Shown: one piece after another, positions 27,552 to 37,270 of the stretch
How positions within the stretch are numbered: the first letter of the stretch is position 1
How the letters are laid out: each line of letters starts with the position of its first letter
Assembly (NCBI GenBank): GCA_026395055.1
Contig: JAPLZK010000003.1
Location: forward strand, 99,855-163,854
DNA length: 64,000 bases
Reading direction: 5' to 3'
From: Candidatus Uhrbacteria bacterium
GTDB taxonomy: Bacteria > Patescibacteriota > Patescibacteriia > UBA9934 > GWF2-40-263
Program-made: the position numbers and the translations under genes
Notes under the pieces: model-generated
Told to the model about the DNA's origin: nothing
The model's input: the letters and a program-made list of their open reading frames with translations, nothing else
Database searches by the model: none

Positions 27552-28358
27552 TCAGGGTTCTGTTTTGTGAACAGTTCCTTTGCTACGCTTTTTTTCTTTG
27601 CGTGCAAGTCGTTTGGCAACACGCTTCACTTTCATGTCCGCGTATTTTGCGAGAAAGAGATGTGCAGAAAGCGAGAGGAATCCGAAGATCATTGCCCCAA
27701 CCAAGAGCGTGTTTGAGATGATCTGTGTTGTCTCGTTGTGAGGGACAAGGACGATCACCGCAACCACAGCCACTTCGATGAAGATTTTGTATTTGCCTGC
27801 GCGATTCGCGGCAGCATCGCCAATCTTGAAATAGCGTTTGATCGGACGAACGAGCGTGAGCGCAATCGCTGTTACGAAACTGATGATGATGAGTGTGGTT
27901 GAGACATAGCCCCAACCGCGTGTGAAAAGAGCGACGTAGTATTTCACTTTGTCGGCAAAGGGATCCAGTGCCGTACCAAGGTTTGATGAGCCTCTCAGGA
28001 AAAATCGACGCCAAATTGGGATGAGGCGCTCTTCTTCAAGCGAAAGCTTTTTGAGCCCGTACTTTTTGTCTTGATAGCGCGCAAGTGCTCCATCAAGCCA
28101 ATCGCACAGGAAACAGATGATGGTGATGACGGCACCAATCGCGGTCGAGAGCAAGTCTGTCTGGAGAAAGAAGTATGCCATCGGAAGGCATAAAACCATT
28201 CCAGTCATGGTAATGAGATTCGGCCTGGTCCAATCAAACCAGGAAGCTACGCGATTGGAAAATCCACTCACCTGCGAGAATTCAGGTTTTGAGAGCCATT
28301 CGGCAGCTTCGTGGACTTCAGGCGCGTCTAGCAAATCTTCGTTTTCATCTTGGGTCAT
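27552..28358 (-). CDS. CDP-alcohol phosphatidyltransferase family protein
   Basis: DG..AR ... G...D...D motif (DWLDGALAR ... GTALDPFAD), polytopic membrane protein. Confidence 0.65.
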   Translation of the reverse strand: MTQDENEDLLDAPEVHEAAEWLSKPEFSQVSGFSNRVASWFDWTRPNLITMTGMVLCLPMAYFFLQTDLLSTAIGAVITIICFLCDWLDGALARYQDKKYGLKKLSLEEERLIPIWRRFFLRGSSNLGTALDPFADKVKYYVALFTRGWGYVSTTLIIISFVTAIALTLVRPIKRYFKIGDAAANRAGKYKIFIEVAVVAVIVLVPHNETTQIISNTLLVGAMIFGFLSLSAHLFLAKYADMKVKRVAKRLARKEKKRSKGTVHKTEP

Positions 28359-28462
28359 GTTTGCCTCCTACCAAGGTTGGTAGAGTAGCAAAAAAGTGAT
28401 GAATTGTCAATGTTCGAAATCAAAAAAACGGAGTATACTCTGTGTATTCTTAACTTTTTCTT

Positions 28463-29242
28463 ATGTCCTTCTTTCCAATTTGGCAGGAAAACAAATTGTT
28501 TACCACCGTGCTATCGCTTGTGTGTCTCGCCCTGTTTGTTTTTCTTGGGGTCAAAACGTATTCTTCTGTTCAGGCAACGCGTCATCTTGATAAACCGGTT
28601 CCAGTGGAACACACGATCGTCATCGAGGGGCTTGGAAAGGCAAACATGTCCCCAGACATTGCCGTTATGACATTTGGTATTTCTTCAACCGCAAAGTCTG
28701 TTTCTGATGCGCAAAAGCAAAATACAGCGCTTATGAATACGCTGATTGCAAAAATTAAAGATGTTGGGATTGTTGACGCAGATTTGCAGACAAAAGATTA
28801 CAGCGCTTATGAGAAGACTGAGTGGAATGCTCAGACACAGAAATCAGAAAGTGCAGGTTGGATCGTCTCTCAGTCGCTTGATGTAAAGATTCGAGATGTA
28901 CAAAAAGTTTCAACAATCGTCGAGATTGGTGGTCAAAATGGATCAACCTCCATCAGTGGTCCTGTGTTTACCATCGATGACCAGACAGCCTATGAAGCAA
29001 CGGCTCGTCAAAAAGCTCTTGCGGACGCAAGACAAAAAGCAGACAGTATTGCGCAGTCACTTGGGTTGAAGATTGATCACGTTGTTAGTTACAACGAATA
29101 TAATGAAAGTACGGGAGGTCCGATGCCATATCTGAGTGCAAAAGACGTCGGGGGTGGAATCGCTGCCCCAGCCCCTATGATCCAATCGGGAACTCAAGAA
29201 TTACGTCTTCACTCCACCGTCACGTATCTTCTTTCAAACTAG
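28463..29242 (+). CDS. SIMPL/DUF541 family periplasmic protein
   Basis: N-terminal TM then SIMPL-like pattern. Confidence 0.65.
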   Translation: MSFFPIWQENKLFTTVLSLVCLALFVFLGVKTYSSVQATRHLDKPVPVEHTIVIEGLGKANMSPDIAVMTFGISSTAKSVSDAQKQNTALMNTLIAKIKDVGIVDADLQTKDYSAYEKTEWNAQTQKSESAGWIVSQSLDVKIRDVQKVSTIVEIGGQNGSTSISGPVFTIDDQTAYEATARQKALADARQKADSIAQSLGLKIDHVVSYNEYNESTGGPMPYLSAKDVGGGIAAPAPMIQSGTQELRLHSTVTYLLSN

Positions 29243-29251
29243 GTTTAAAAA

Positions 29252-29276
29252 AGACTCCATTTTTGGAGTCTTTTTG
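29252..29276 (+). terminator. intrinsic terminator after SIMPL gene
   Basis: AGACTCCA-TTTT-TGGAGTCT followed by TTTTG. Confidence 0.55.
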
Positions 29277-29369
29277 TTATTCGCATCAAAAACAGGTTGT
29301 GCTATACTGTCGGACACTCGGGAAGGAGACGGTTTGAAAAGGAAGAAATAGAATAAATGAACTATTGCT

Positions 29370-29960
29370 ATGAAACGTATTTCAAAGTGGATCGGATTGT
29401 TCGGACTTATTGCTGTGCTGGGATTTGGATGTGTAAACACGGCAAAACCAACAACAGAACAAAAACAAGTGATTGATCGTTCTCAAATTTTGCTTGATGC
29501 AAAAAGTCAGGGGCTTATTATGGATTCAGGTGAAATTGAACACATGAAAGATCCTTCCATTTTGATTGCAGATGATAAGAAAGAAACTGCCCCTATTTTT
29601 TCAACGTATGCGGCAGCGGATTTTAAAACCTGGCACGCAGCTGCTCTTGCAGATGTGACAGGTGGAACAAGTTATGGTCTCGCGTATCTCAAGCTATCTA
29701 CAGGAACCTTCCAGATTGCTGCAACACTTGGTGATTTACCAAAGACCACAGATGGATCTTCGTATAATGTATGGTTAGTTAAAAGAGGGGATGGAATGAA
29801 AGTCTTGAATCTTGGGCAAGTGACCCCAGCAGATAAACTTATGACATTCACCTATTCATCTAAGACGGATTTAAGTGAGTATGATTTCTTTGTTGTTACG
29901 CTCCAGGCGCCAAGTACAACAACTCCTGGAGAGCATTTACTGGAGGGAATGATTCGTTAA
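29370..29960 (+). CDS. hypothetical exported (possibly lipo)protein
   Basis: signal peptide with Cys at +21 (AVLGFGC); beta-rich; no recognised domain. Confidence 0.45.
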   Translation: MKRISKWIGLFGLIAVLGFGCVNTAKPTTEQKQVIDRSQILLDAKSQGLIMDSGEIEHMKDPSILIADDKKETAPIFSTYAAADFKTWHAAALADVTGGTSYGLAYLKLSTGTFQIAATLGDLPKTTDGSSYNVWLVKRGDGMKVLNLGQVTPADKLMTFTYSSKTDLSEYDFFVVTLQAPSTTTPGEHLLEGMIR

Positions 29961-30007
29961 ATGAATCATGGAAACAAAAAAGCCCGACGTACAGTCAGGG
30001 CTTTTTT

Positions 30008-30120
30008 TATTTTGTTGCGGCAGCCTTTGCAAGACGAACGGCTTTCTGCTTGCGATTGCTTGCAAGTTGAACTTTGCGTTCTGCCTTCCATTTGGTGCGA
30101 ATCATTTTTCGTTTTGCCAT
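30008..30120 (-). CDS. very basic 37-aa protein (ribosomal-protein-like composition), unassigned
   Basis: MAKRKMIRTKWKAERKVQLASNRKQKAVRLAKAAATK; stop abuts bidirectional hairpin+T-run at ~29975-30007. Confidence 0.3.
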
Positions 30121-30240
30121 AGGATGGGTTCAAGGATTGGAAAGGATTGATAACAGGAGAAGGATACGATTTATCAAATAGTTTGTCAAGAAATTGGGGA
30201 TGTGTGCGTAAAGCGGATTGATGATGTATAATTTTTGCAT

Positions 30241-30696
30241 ATGCACGGCTATTTTCTTACCGCACAACCCTTTTTACGTATTTTTTTTCTTGAGCCGGGC
30301 GCAATCCTGTTTGGATGCTTGCTTATGCTCATGAGCGCCACGCTTGTTCTTGCGTTTCTTGTAAAACAAAGTTCCTCTATTACGAGTGCACTTATTGGAA
30401 GTTTAGTCACTGTCCATTTGATTCTAGATGGAATTTTAGCGTTTGATTTGGTGGGAAGCGTGAATCATGTTTATACAGATTCATCGTCAAGTGTGATCTC
30501 AGAACTTTTCTCCACGCATCGTTGGCTTTTGATCCAAGTACCAATTTTGTTTACCTTGATGGCAATTCTTCTTGCGCTTGTTTGTCGCGGTCATGAGCGA
30601 GAGACACACGCAAAGACGTATGTCTTTGCCGTGCAGTTTTGTGTTGTTGTGAGTTTTTTGACTGTTCTCCTCATTGGATACGAATCGCTGATCTAA
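30241..30696 (+). CDS. hypothetical membrane protein
   Basis: ORF 30235 (TTG) trimmed to ATG 30241; 4-5 TM; TGTATAAT -10 about 8 bp upstream (leaderless-like). Confidence 0.4.
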   Translation: MHGYFLTAQPFLRIFFLEPGAILFGCLLMLMSATLVLAFLVKQSSSITSALIGSLVTVHLILDGILAFDLVGSVNHVYTDSSSSVISELFSTHRWLLIQVPILFTLMAILLALVCRGHERETHAKTYVFAVQFCVVVSFLTVLLIGYESLI

Positions 30697-30700
30697 TTAT

Positions 30701-31051
30701 ATGCTTCATCTTTTTTCGAAAAATCGTTTTCATGAATCTGTTGCGTGTGCGGCATTGCTTGCAGGTTCCATCACACTTCAAGTGATGTGGATCGTGAATT
30801 TGCTGGTTGTGCGTATTCCTTTTATCGCGCAATTGTATTCAATCGTTCCTTCTGTTGGACCAATTTCTGGAATGTATCTCAAAGCCGTTTTGACGTTTGT
30901 TCTCGTTTTTCTTATTGCCGCCTTGTATTGGCGAGGGAAAGATTGTTCACATCACAGAACATCTCTCTTGAACTTCTTTCTTTTTTCTACGGTGATCTTT
31001 TTTGTCATGACACTCCCGTTTGTGTATTCGTTTTCTGTGATGTTTGAATAA
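30701..31051 (+). CDS. hypothetical membrane protein
   Basis: 116 aa, 3 TM; follows previous gene by 4 bp. Confidence 0.4.
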   Translation: MLHLFSKNRFHESVACAALLAGSITLQVMWIVNLLVVRIPFIAQLYSIVPSVGPISGMYLKAVLTFVLVFLIAALYWRGKDCSHHRTSLLNFFLFSTVIFFVMTLPFVYSFSVMFE

Positions 31052-31097
31052 TTTAAGGAACACAGGTAAGCTCGGACAAAGCTTATCTTTTTATTTT

Positions 31098-32588
31098 ATG
31101 GAAATACACATCCGAAAATCCGATTTGGTCTCAGAAACAAGTGATGTCCTTGTTTTAAGTGTTTATCAAGAAAAACAAACGTTTGCTTCTTCTGCGGCTG
31201 TGGAAAAACTCGACGCACGTCTTGGAGGTCTTTTGACGCAAATCGCAAAGGAAGAATCTTTCGTTGGAAAGGCGAATCAAACCATGTGGGCACGGATCCC
31301 AGATCAACTCGCCTCAAAGCGCATCTTGCTTGTTGGGCTCGGAAAAAAGGAAGAGTGTGATCTTGAGACTATTCGTTTAGCCGCAGCAACCGTTTTGAAC
31401 AGCATGAAACAAACAACCACACAATCCGTGAGCTGTTTATTGTTCGGTGAAACTTCGGAAGTTCGTGAGCGTGCGCATGCCATGATTGAAGGTGTTCGAT
31501 TGGCAGATTACGGATTTGGACGCTATAAGAAACAAAAGAAAATGCATTTGAAATCATTCGACCTTCTTCTTGAGGATGGACGAGATTTGGTTGCGGCAAA
31601 AAAGGGAGTGGAACAAGCAGAGCAATTTGCAAAAGGAACGCTCTTTGTTCGAGACTTGGTGAATACACCAGGACTTCACATGGCGCCACAACACCTCGTT
31701 GATGAAGCGAATAACATCGCGAAGAATAATAAGCAGATTAAAATAAAAGTTTATAATGAAGAGAAGCTTGCAAAGATGGGAGCTGGCGGAATTCTCGGCG
31801 TCTCACAAGGATCCGATCATCCATCGTTTCTTGTACACATGACGTATACGCCTGTAACGAAGTCAAAGAAACGCATTGCCCTTGTTGGGAAAGGAGTCAC
31901 GTTCGATTCTGGTGGACTTTCGCTCAAACCATCTGCATACATGGCAACCATGAAGTGTGATATGGCAGGAGCGGCTGACGTGCTTGGTGTTTTCTCGGTT
32001 CTTTCTGCGATTGCGCCAAAGGTTGAGGTTCACGGAATCTTCGCTGCGGTCGAGAATATGCCATCCGGAAAAGCCATGCGCCCAGGCGACATCATTGAAT
32101 TCATGAATAAAAAAACAGCAGAAGTGTTGGATACGGATGCGGAAGGCCGACTCATCCTTGCGGACGCACTTGTATACGCGACGCGACAGAAGCCAGATGC
32201 GATTATCGATCTTGCAACGCTCACAGGTGCTTGTGTTGTAGCTCTCGGAGAAGAAATCACCGGAGTCATGTCTAATACACCAGCACTTTCAAACGCATTA
32301 TTGAGTGCGGCCGCATCGGCGGGTGAAAAAATGTGGGAGTTGCCACTCGAGAAAAACTATCGCAAGCAAATTTCTGGAGACTTCTCTGATTTGAAAAATA
32401 TTGGACCACGTTACGGCGGCGCACTTACAGCGGGATTATTTCTCGAAGAGTTCGTCGACAAGACACCATGGGCACACCTAGACATCGCAGGCCCAGCATT
32501 TGCGGAGCGTGATTACAATGCATATGAAAAAAAAGGGGCAACGGGGCATGGGGTGCGCACATTGTTGAAATACCTCCTGTCCTTCTAG
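31098..32588 (+). CDS. pepA: leucyl aminopeptidase (M17 family)
   Basis: ORF 31044 trimmed to MEIHIRKS; NTPGLHMAP, VGKGVTFDSGG, NTDAEGRLILADAL motifs. Confidence 0.85.
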   Translation: MEIHIRKSDLVSETSDVLVLSVYQEKQTFASSAAVEKLDARLGGLLTQIAKEESFVGKANQTMWARIPDQLASKRILLVGLGKKEECDLETIRLAAATVLNSMKQTTTQSVSCLLFGETSEVRERAHAMIEGVRLADYGFGRYKKQKKMHLKSFDLLLEDGRDLVAAKKGVEQAEQFAKGTLFVRDLVNTPGLHMAPQHLVDEANNIAKNNKQIKIKVYNEEKLAKMGAGGILGVSQGSDHPSFLVHMTYTPVTKSKKRIALVGKGVTFDSGGLSLKPSAYMATMKCDMAGAADVLGVFSVLSAIAPKVEVHGIFAAVENMPSGKAMRPGDIIEFMNKKTAEVLDTDAEGRLILADALVYATRQKPDAIIDLATLTGACVVALGEEITGVMSNTPALSNALLSAAASAGEKMWELPLEKNYRKQISGDFSDLKNIGPRYGGALTAGLFLEEFVDKTPWAHLDIAGPAFAERDYNAYEKKGATGHGVRTLLKYLLSF

Positions 32589-32590
32589 AT

Positions 32591-32866
32591 ATGCGATTAT
32601 CAAACATTCAGTTTTCCAAACTCGTGCTGGTCTGCACAAACGAGCGCACGGATGGACGATCTTGCTGTGCGCATAAAGCATCACCTGAGTTTTATCATGC
32701 AATGAAAGTGGCAGTCGCAGGAATGGATCCGACCATTCGTGTGTCAAAGACAGGATGTCTTGGCAATTGTGAGTCTGGTGCAACTGTTGCGATCATGCCA
32801 AAAAATCTGTACCTCGGTGAGGTGAAGGAGAGTGATATTCCAGAGATTCTCGAAATGTTAAAGTAA
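32591..32866 (+). CDS. thioredoxin-like [2Fe-2S] ferredoxin
   Basis: LVCTNERTDGRSCC ... TGCLGNCESGATV Cys pattern. Confidence 0.65.
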   Translation: MRLSNIQFSKLVLVCTNERTDGRSCCAHKASPEFYHAMKVAVAGMDPTIRVSKTGCLGNCESGATVAIMPKNLYLGEVKESDIPEILEMLK

Positions 32867-32872
32867 ACAAAA

Positions 32873-32902
32873 ACATCGCGATCATATCGCGATGTTTTTT
32901 TG
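32873..32902. terminator. bidirectional intrinsic terminator (ferredoxin / peroxiredoxin)
   Basis: ACATCGCGAT-CAT-ATCGCGATGT flanked by A-run and T7. Confidence 0.6.
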
Positions 32903-32904
32903 TT

Positions 32905-33435
32905 TTACGCTTTTCCAAGCGTCTTTCCGCCTTCTGACCATTCTATTGGACAAAGTTCTCCGGTCTGCAGTGCCTTCAGAACGCGAATCGTCTCTGTAAC
33001 CGATCGACCGACCGATCCGGAACTAATCAATGCATATCGAATCACTCCTTCTGGATCAATGATGAAGCTGCCGCGTTCTGCGAGGCCATCGACTTCGTTG
33101 TAGACATCGTAAGCTTTTGCGATGTTGTGTGTGTTGTCAGCTAAGATTGGATAGTCAACATCTGGTAGATCTTTTTCGAACCAGTTTTTGTGTGACCATT
33201 CGGAATCCGTGGAACATGCAAGGACTTCTGCGTTCAAGGCTTCGAACTCTGCTTTATGTTGCGCAAAGCCTTTTAACTCTGTTGGACAGATGAATGTAAA
33301 GTCTCTTGGGTAAAAGAAGAACACGAGCCATTTGCCTTTGTAATCACCAAGACTAATTTTTACGAAATCGGGCGAACTTTTTTTATAAGCCGGCACATTC
33401 TCGAAAGAGGGTGCAAGTTGTGAAATGCGAATCAT
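32905..33435 (-). CDS. peroxiredoxin (AhpC/TSA family)
   Basis: FFFYPRDFTFICPTEL peroxidatic Cys motif. Confidence 0.85.
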   Translation of the reverse strand: MIRISQLAPSFENVPAYKKSSPDFVKISLGDYKGKWLVFFFYPRDFTFICPTELKGFAQHKAEFEALNAEVLACSTDSEWSHKNWFEKDLPDVDYPILADNTHNIAKAYDVYNEVDGLAERGSFIIDPEGVIRYALISSGSVGRSVTETIRVLKALQTGELCPIEWSEGGKTLGKA

Positions 33436-33462
33436 AGAATGACAGTTAATACGGAATCGAGT

Positions 33463-34086
33463 TTAGAGTGTATAGGTTTTTACCTTGTCGAACAAGGTAT
33501 TCGCTGCATCCCAGTTGAGGTTCTTCCAGAAGTCTGCAATGTACACAGGGCGATCTGATCCGTAATCTATAAAGTACGCATGTTCGTAGACATCAAGAAC
33601 AATAAGTGGAACACATCCCCAAATTCCACCTTGGTTATGAGAATCACATCCGTAGATTTTTAAACGACCAAGTTGTATGTCGAATCCAAGGACGACCCAT
33701 CCACGAACAGCCATTCCGGTTGCCGAGAAGAATGCGATGAATTTTTCGAGAGAACCGTATTTCTCGATAAGCGCATCGACAAGTGATCCACTTGCCGCAC
33801 CATCACCGCCGAGAACGTTGAAATAATATTCATGCAAATAAACTCCGTTCGTGGCAAACGATTCTCCCATACGAAGTGCGCGAAGATCAGAGTAGCTTTG
33901 GTTTGCTTTGTCGAGACCAACACCACTTTCATTCATTTCTTTTAGTTTTACCGCGATCTCTTTCATTTTATTTACGTAGCCGACATAAAGCTTGTCATGA
34001 TGAATGGCAATGGTTTTGTCTGAGATGCCTGTAAGCGATTTGTTGAAAGGGAGTGGCTTTGGTTCGTATTCAGTTGCAGAGGACAT
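33463..34086 (-). CDS. sodA: Fe/Mn superoxide dismutase
   Basis: metal ligand motifs incl. DVYEHAYFIDYG. Confidence 0.85.
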   Translation of the reverse strand: MSSATEYEPKPLPFNKSLTGISDKTIAIHHDKLYVGYVNKMKEIAVKLKEMNESGVGLDKANQSYSDLRALRMGESFATNGVYLHEYYFNVLGGDGAASGSLVDALIEKYGSLEKFIAFFSATGMAVRGWVVLGFDIQLGRLKIYGCDSHNQGGIWGCVPLIVLDVYEHAYFIDYGSDRPVYIADFWKNLNWDAANTLFDKVKTYTL

Positions 34087-34134
34087 AGGAAAATGTAAGG
34101 AATTAGGTTTCTCGCTACGAATTTATGGATAAGA

Positions 34135-34143
34135 TGTTACAAT
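34135..34143 (+). promoter_or_regulatory. extended -10 element TGTTACAAT upstream of DUF3179 gene
   Basis: same 9-mer precedes uvrD-like gene at ~59195; ~30 bp before ATG. Confidence 0.35.
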
Positions 34144-34173
34144 ATTATCCGATCAGAAAGGATCAAACAAGCT

Positions 34174-35145
34174 ATGCGAAACAAACGACCATTTCCAAAA
34201 ATTCCTGTGCTTTTGTGCCTGGTCGTCATTGCCGTGGTCGTTTTTCAGTATCGAGCCTATCGTTTGCCGTACGACCACCCCCTAACCCCCTCCTTGATGA
34301 AGGAGGGGGGAGTAGATCTGGTTTCCGGAATGCTGCTTCCAGACTCTGTTCCCGCCATTGATCATCCAAAATTTGAATCAACATCGGTTGCAGATCAATA
34401 TTTGAACAACGACGGGCTTGGAATCTCTGTTGAATCAAATGGAGCCTCACGATTTTATCCGTATCAGATTCTTGTCTGGCATCATGTTGTGAACGATGTT
34501 ATCTCTGGACAGCCTCTTCTTGTTTCATACAATCCGTTTGCGATGAGTGGGGCTGTGTATCAACGAACAACCCAAGGAACGGTTCTTGATTTCGGACTTT
34601 CTGATAAACTCGCAAACAGCAATCTTTTGTTGTATGATCGCGCCACGCATTCGCTTTGGGATCCGATGACGCATTCTGCGATCGATGGTGAGAAAAAAGG
34701 AACAGTGCTCGCGCGATATCCATCGACCGTGATGTTGTGGAATACGTACAAAACAGTTCATCCAGATGGTCAGGTCCTTTCTCGAGACACGGGCTTCTCG
34801 CGTGATTATACACACGACCCTTACGGAGATTATGTTTACAGCGAAAAAATTCTTTTTCCCGTAACACATAAAGACGATCGTCTCGCGTCAAAGGTTCTTG
34901 TGTACGGGATTGAATGGAATCAGAAACAGAAAGCGTATCCAATCATGCTTCTTGAGAAACAAAACACAGTCCGTGATTCGATTGACGGAGCGAATATATC
35001 CGTTGAGTATGATGCAAAGTCGCATGTTGTCCACGCTTATCAGCTCGACGCAAGTGGAAATCACCAAAACGAAATTCCCGTGACCGAATCATTTTGGTTT
35101 GCGTGGGTGGCAGGGTTTCCAAACACAGACCTTTATCATTCCTAA
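34174..35145 (+). CDS. DUF3179 family protein
   Basis: N-terminal TM, conserved ...SRFYPYQILVWHHVVND..., LLLYDRATHSLW, FWFAWVAGFPNTDLY pattern. Confidence 0.6.
   Translation: MRNKRPFPKIPVLLCLVVIAVVVFQYRAYRLPYDHPLTPSLMKEGGVDLVSGMLLPDSVPAIDHPKFESTSVADQYLNNDGLGISVESNGASRFYPYQILVWHHVVNDVISGQPLLVSYNPFAMSGAVYQRTTQGTVLDFGLSDKLANSNLLLYDRATHSLWDPMTHSAIDGEKKGTVLARYPSTVMLWNTYKTVHPDGQVLSRDTGFSRDYTHDPYGDYVYSEKILFPVTHKDDRLASKVLVYGIEWNQKQKAYPIMLLEKQNTVRDSIDGANISVEYDAKSHVVHAYQLDASGNHQNEIPVTESFWFAWVAGFPNTDLYHS
34286..34309. repeat. GC-rich palindromic element CCCCCTCCTT-GATG-AAGGAGGGGG, in frame inside DUF3179 CDS
   Basis: perfect 10-bp arms identical to copy at 11249; encodes ...PLTPSLMKEGGVD...; preceded by CCACCCCCTAACCCC tract. 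Confidence 0.5.
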
Positions 35146-35151
35146 TATTGT

Positions 35152-35835
35152 ATGCTCGGAAAACTTTTTATTGTTGGAACGCCGATTGGAAATCTTTCGG
35201 ATATCACGGATCGCGCAAAGCAGACGTTTGAACTCGTCGACGCGATTTTGTGCGAGGATACGCGTGTTACGCAAAATCTTTTGCGTTCCATCAATGTTAT
35301 AAAACCGCTTGTTGCATACCATCAACATTCGGATGATCTTCGCGTAAAAGATATTTCAAGGATGCTCGAGGAAGGAAAGTCTCTTGCGCTTGTAACGGAC
35401 GCCGGTACGCCAGGTATCTCAGATCCTGGTGGTAAGTTGGTCGAGGCGATGCTGAAGATGTTTGGTGACGAGCTCGAGATTATTCCCATTCCGGGAGCAA
35501 GTGCGGTGATTGCCGCACTCTCGATCAGTGGATTTCCTGCAGATGAGTTTCTCTTTCTCGGATTTCCTCCACACAAGAAGGGAAGACAAACCTATTTCAA
35601 ACGACTCAATACAATCACCTCAACGATCGCGTATTACGAGAGTACACACAGAATCGAGAAATCCATGCAGGAACTCGCAGATGTGATCGGAGATCGATCG
35701 GTTGTTGTCTGTCGTGAGTTGACCAAGATCTACGAAACCATTTATCGTGGGACAGCTCTCGAGATTCTCGCAAAACTTAAATCCACAAGCTTGAAAGGCG
35801 AATTTGTCGTCGTGATTGGACCGAAACGAAAATAA
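35152..35835 (+). CDS. rsmI: 16S rRNA (cytidine1402-2'-O)-methyltransferase
   Basis: LFIVGTPIGNLSDIT ... CEDTR tetrapyrrole-methylase fold motifs. Confidence 0.85.
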   Translation: MLGKLFIVGTPIGNLSDITDRAKQTFELVDAILCEDTRVTQNLLRSINVIKPLVAYHQHSDDLRVKDISRMLEEGKSLALVTDAGTPGISDPGGKLVEAMLKMFGDELEIIPIPGASAVIAALSISGFPADEFLFLGFPPHKKGRQTYFKRLNTITSTIAYYESTHRIEKSMQELADVIGDRSVVVCRELTKIYETIYRGTALEILAKLKSTSLKGEFVVVIGPKRK

Positions 35836-35836
35836 T

Positions 35837-37264
35837 ATGCCAAATAAATATTACATCACGACAACTCTGCCATACGTCAACGCAAAACCGCACATTGGCT
35901 TTGCGCTCGAGATTGTTCAGGCAGATATGATTGCACGTTATCGCCGCACACTTGGCGATGAAGTGATTTTTAATACGGGAACAGATGAGCACGGACAAAA
36001 GATTTATGAAAAGGCGATTGCGGAAGGAAAAGAGCCGCAAGCATACACTGATGAATACGCAGCGCAGTTTGATGATCTGAAGCGATCGCTGAATTTGAGT
36101 TACGATCATTTCATTCGTACAACAAATCCAAATCACAAAGCAGCGGCCCAAGAATTTTGGAAGCGTTGTCTCGCGAATGACGACATTTATAAAAAACAAT
36201 ATCAGGTGAAGTATTGTGTTGGGTGTGAACTCGAGAAAACAGATTCCGAACTTGTGAATGAGAAGTGTCCCATTCATCCAAACATGGATCTGCAATTCAT
36301 TGATGAAGAGAATTACTTTTTTCGTTTCTCGAAGTACCAACAACCTCTTCTTGATCTATATGCAAAGCGCCCAGATTTTGTCATGCCAGATTTTCGTTTG
36401 CACGAAATCAAAAACTTTGTCGAGGGCGGATTGAATGACTTTAGTATTTCAAGATTGAAAGAAAAAATGCCGTGGGGCGTTCCCGTTCCAGATGACGAAA
36501 ATCAAGTCATGTATGTTTGGTTTGATGCGCTCGTGAATTACATCTCAACCTTAGGGTGGCCTGATACTTCCGGTGAATTCTCGTTTTGGCCAGGTGTTCA
36601 GGTTGCGGGGAAAGATAACCTTCGCCAGCAGTCTGCGATGTGGCAGGCCATGCTCATGTCCGCAAAGATTGAACCATCACGACAGATCTTTATTCACGGA
36701 TTTATTACGGCAAATGGTCAAAAGATGAGTAAGAGTCTGGGAAATGTTGTAGATCCATTCGAGGAAGTAAAAGAATATGGAACAGACGCCATTCGGTATT
36801 ATCTTCTTCGCGAGATTCCTCCAGGAGACGATGGTGACTTCTCGCGCACTCGTCTTGAGGAACGCTATACCGAACTCGCAAACCGTTTAGGAAATTTGGT
36901 TGGTCGCGTCGCGGCCATGACGCAAAAATATTTCGCGGGTGATGTCGGATCGTTCGACTTTGAACACGCTTCGATCGAGAAAGAACTCGAGGTTTGCATG
37001 TCGACCTACAATTTTAAAGCGTACATCGATCGCGTGTTCATGATTGTTGACGAAGCGAATGAACTCATTGATAAGAAAGCTCCGTTCAAGTTGATTAAAG
37101 AAGACGAAGCTGCGGCAAAAGCAGTGCTTGCAGAAGCTTCCGAGATGATTCGCTTTGTTGCGCGTTCACTCACGTGTGTTCTTCCACAGGCGTCCGAGGA
37201 AATTTTGCGCCGATATGGTACGATAATCGAAACAGGGGATCCTTTATTTCCCCGTAGAGATTAA
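35837..37264 (+). CDS. metG: methionyl-tRNA synthetase
   Basis: ORF 35816 trimmed to MPNKYYITT; PYVNAKPHIGF (HIGH) and KMSKS motifs; CxxC zinc knuckle. Confidence 0.9.
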   Translation: MPNKYYITTTLPYVNAKPHIGFALEIVQADMIARYRRTLGDEVIFNTGTDEHGQKIYEKAIAEGKEPQAYTDEYAAQFDDLKRSLNLSYDHFIRTTNPNHKAAAQEFWKRCLANDDIYKKQYQVKYCVGCELEKTDSELVNEKCPIHPNMDLQFIDEENYFFRFSKYQQPLLDLYAKRPDFVMPDFRLHEIKNFVEGGLNDFSISRLKEKMPWGVPVPDDENQVMYVWFDALVNYISTLGWPDTSGEFSFWPGVQVAGKDNLRQQSAMWQAMLMSAKIEPSRQIFIHGFITANGQKMSKSLGNVVDPFEEVKEYGTDAIRYYLLREIPPGDDGDFSRTRLEERYTELANRLGNLVGRVAAMTQKYFAGDVGSFDFEHASIEKELEVCMSTYNFKAYIDRVFMIVDEANELIDKKAPFKLIKEDEAAAKAVLAEASEMIRFVARSLTCVLPQASEEILRRYGTIIETGDPLFPRRD

Positions 37265-37270
37265 TCTCGT

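Noticed and set aside
35777-36343. 188-aa minus-strand ORF inside metG
   Set aside because: Antisense to methionyl-tRNA synthetase.
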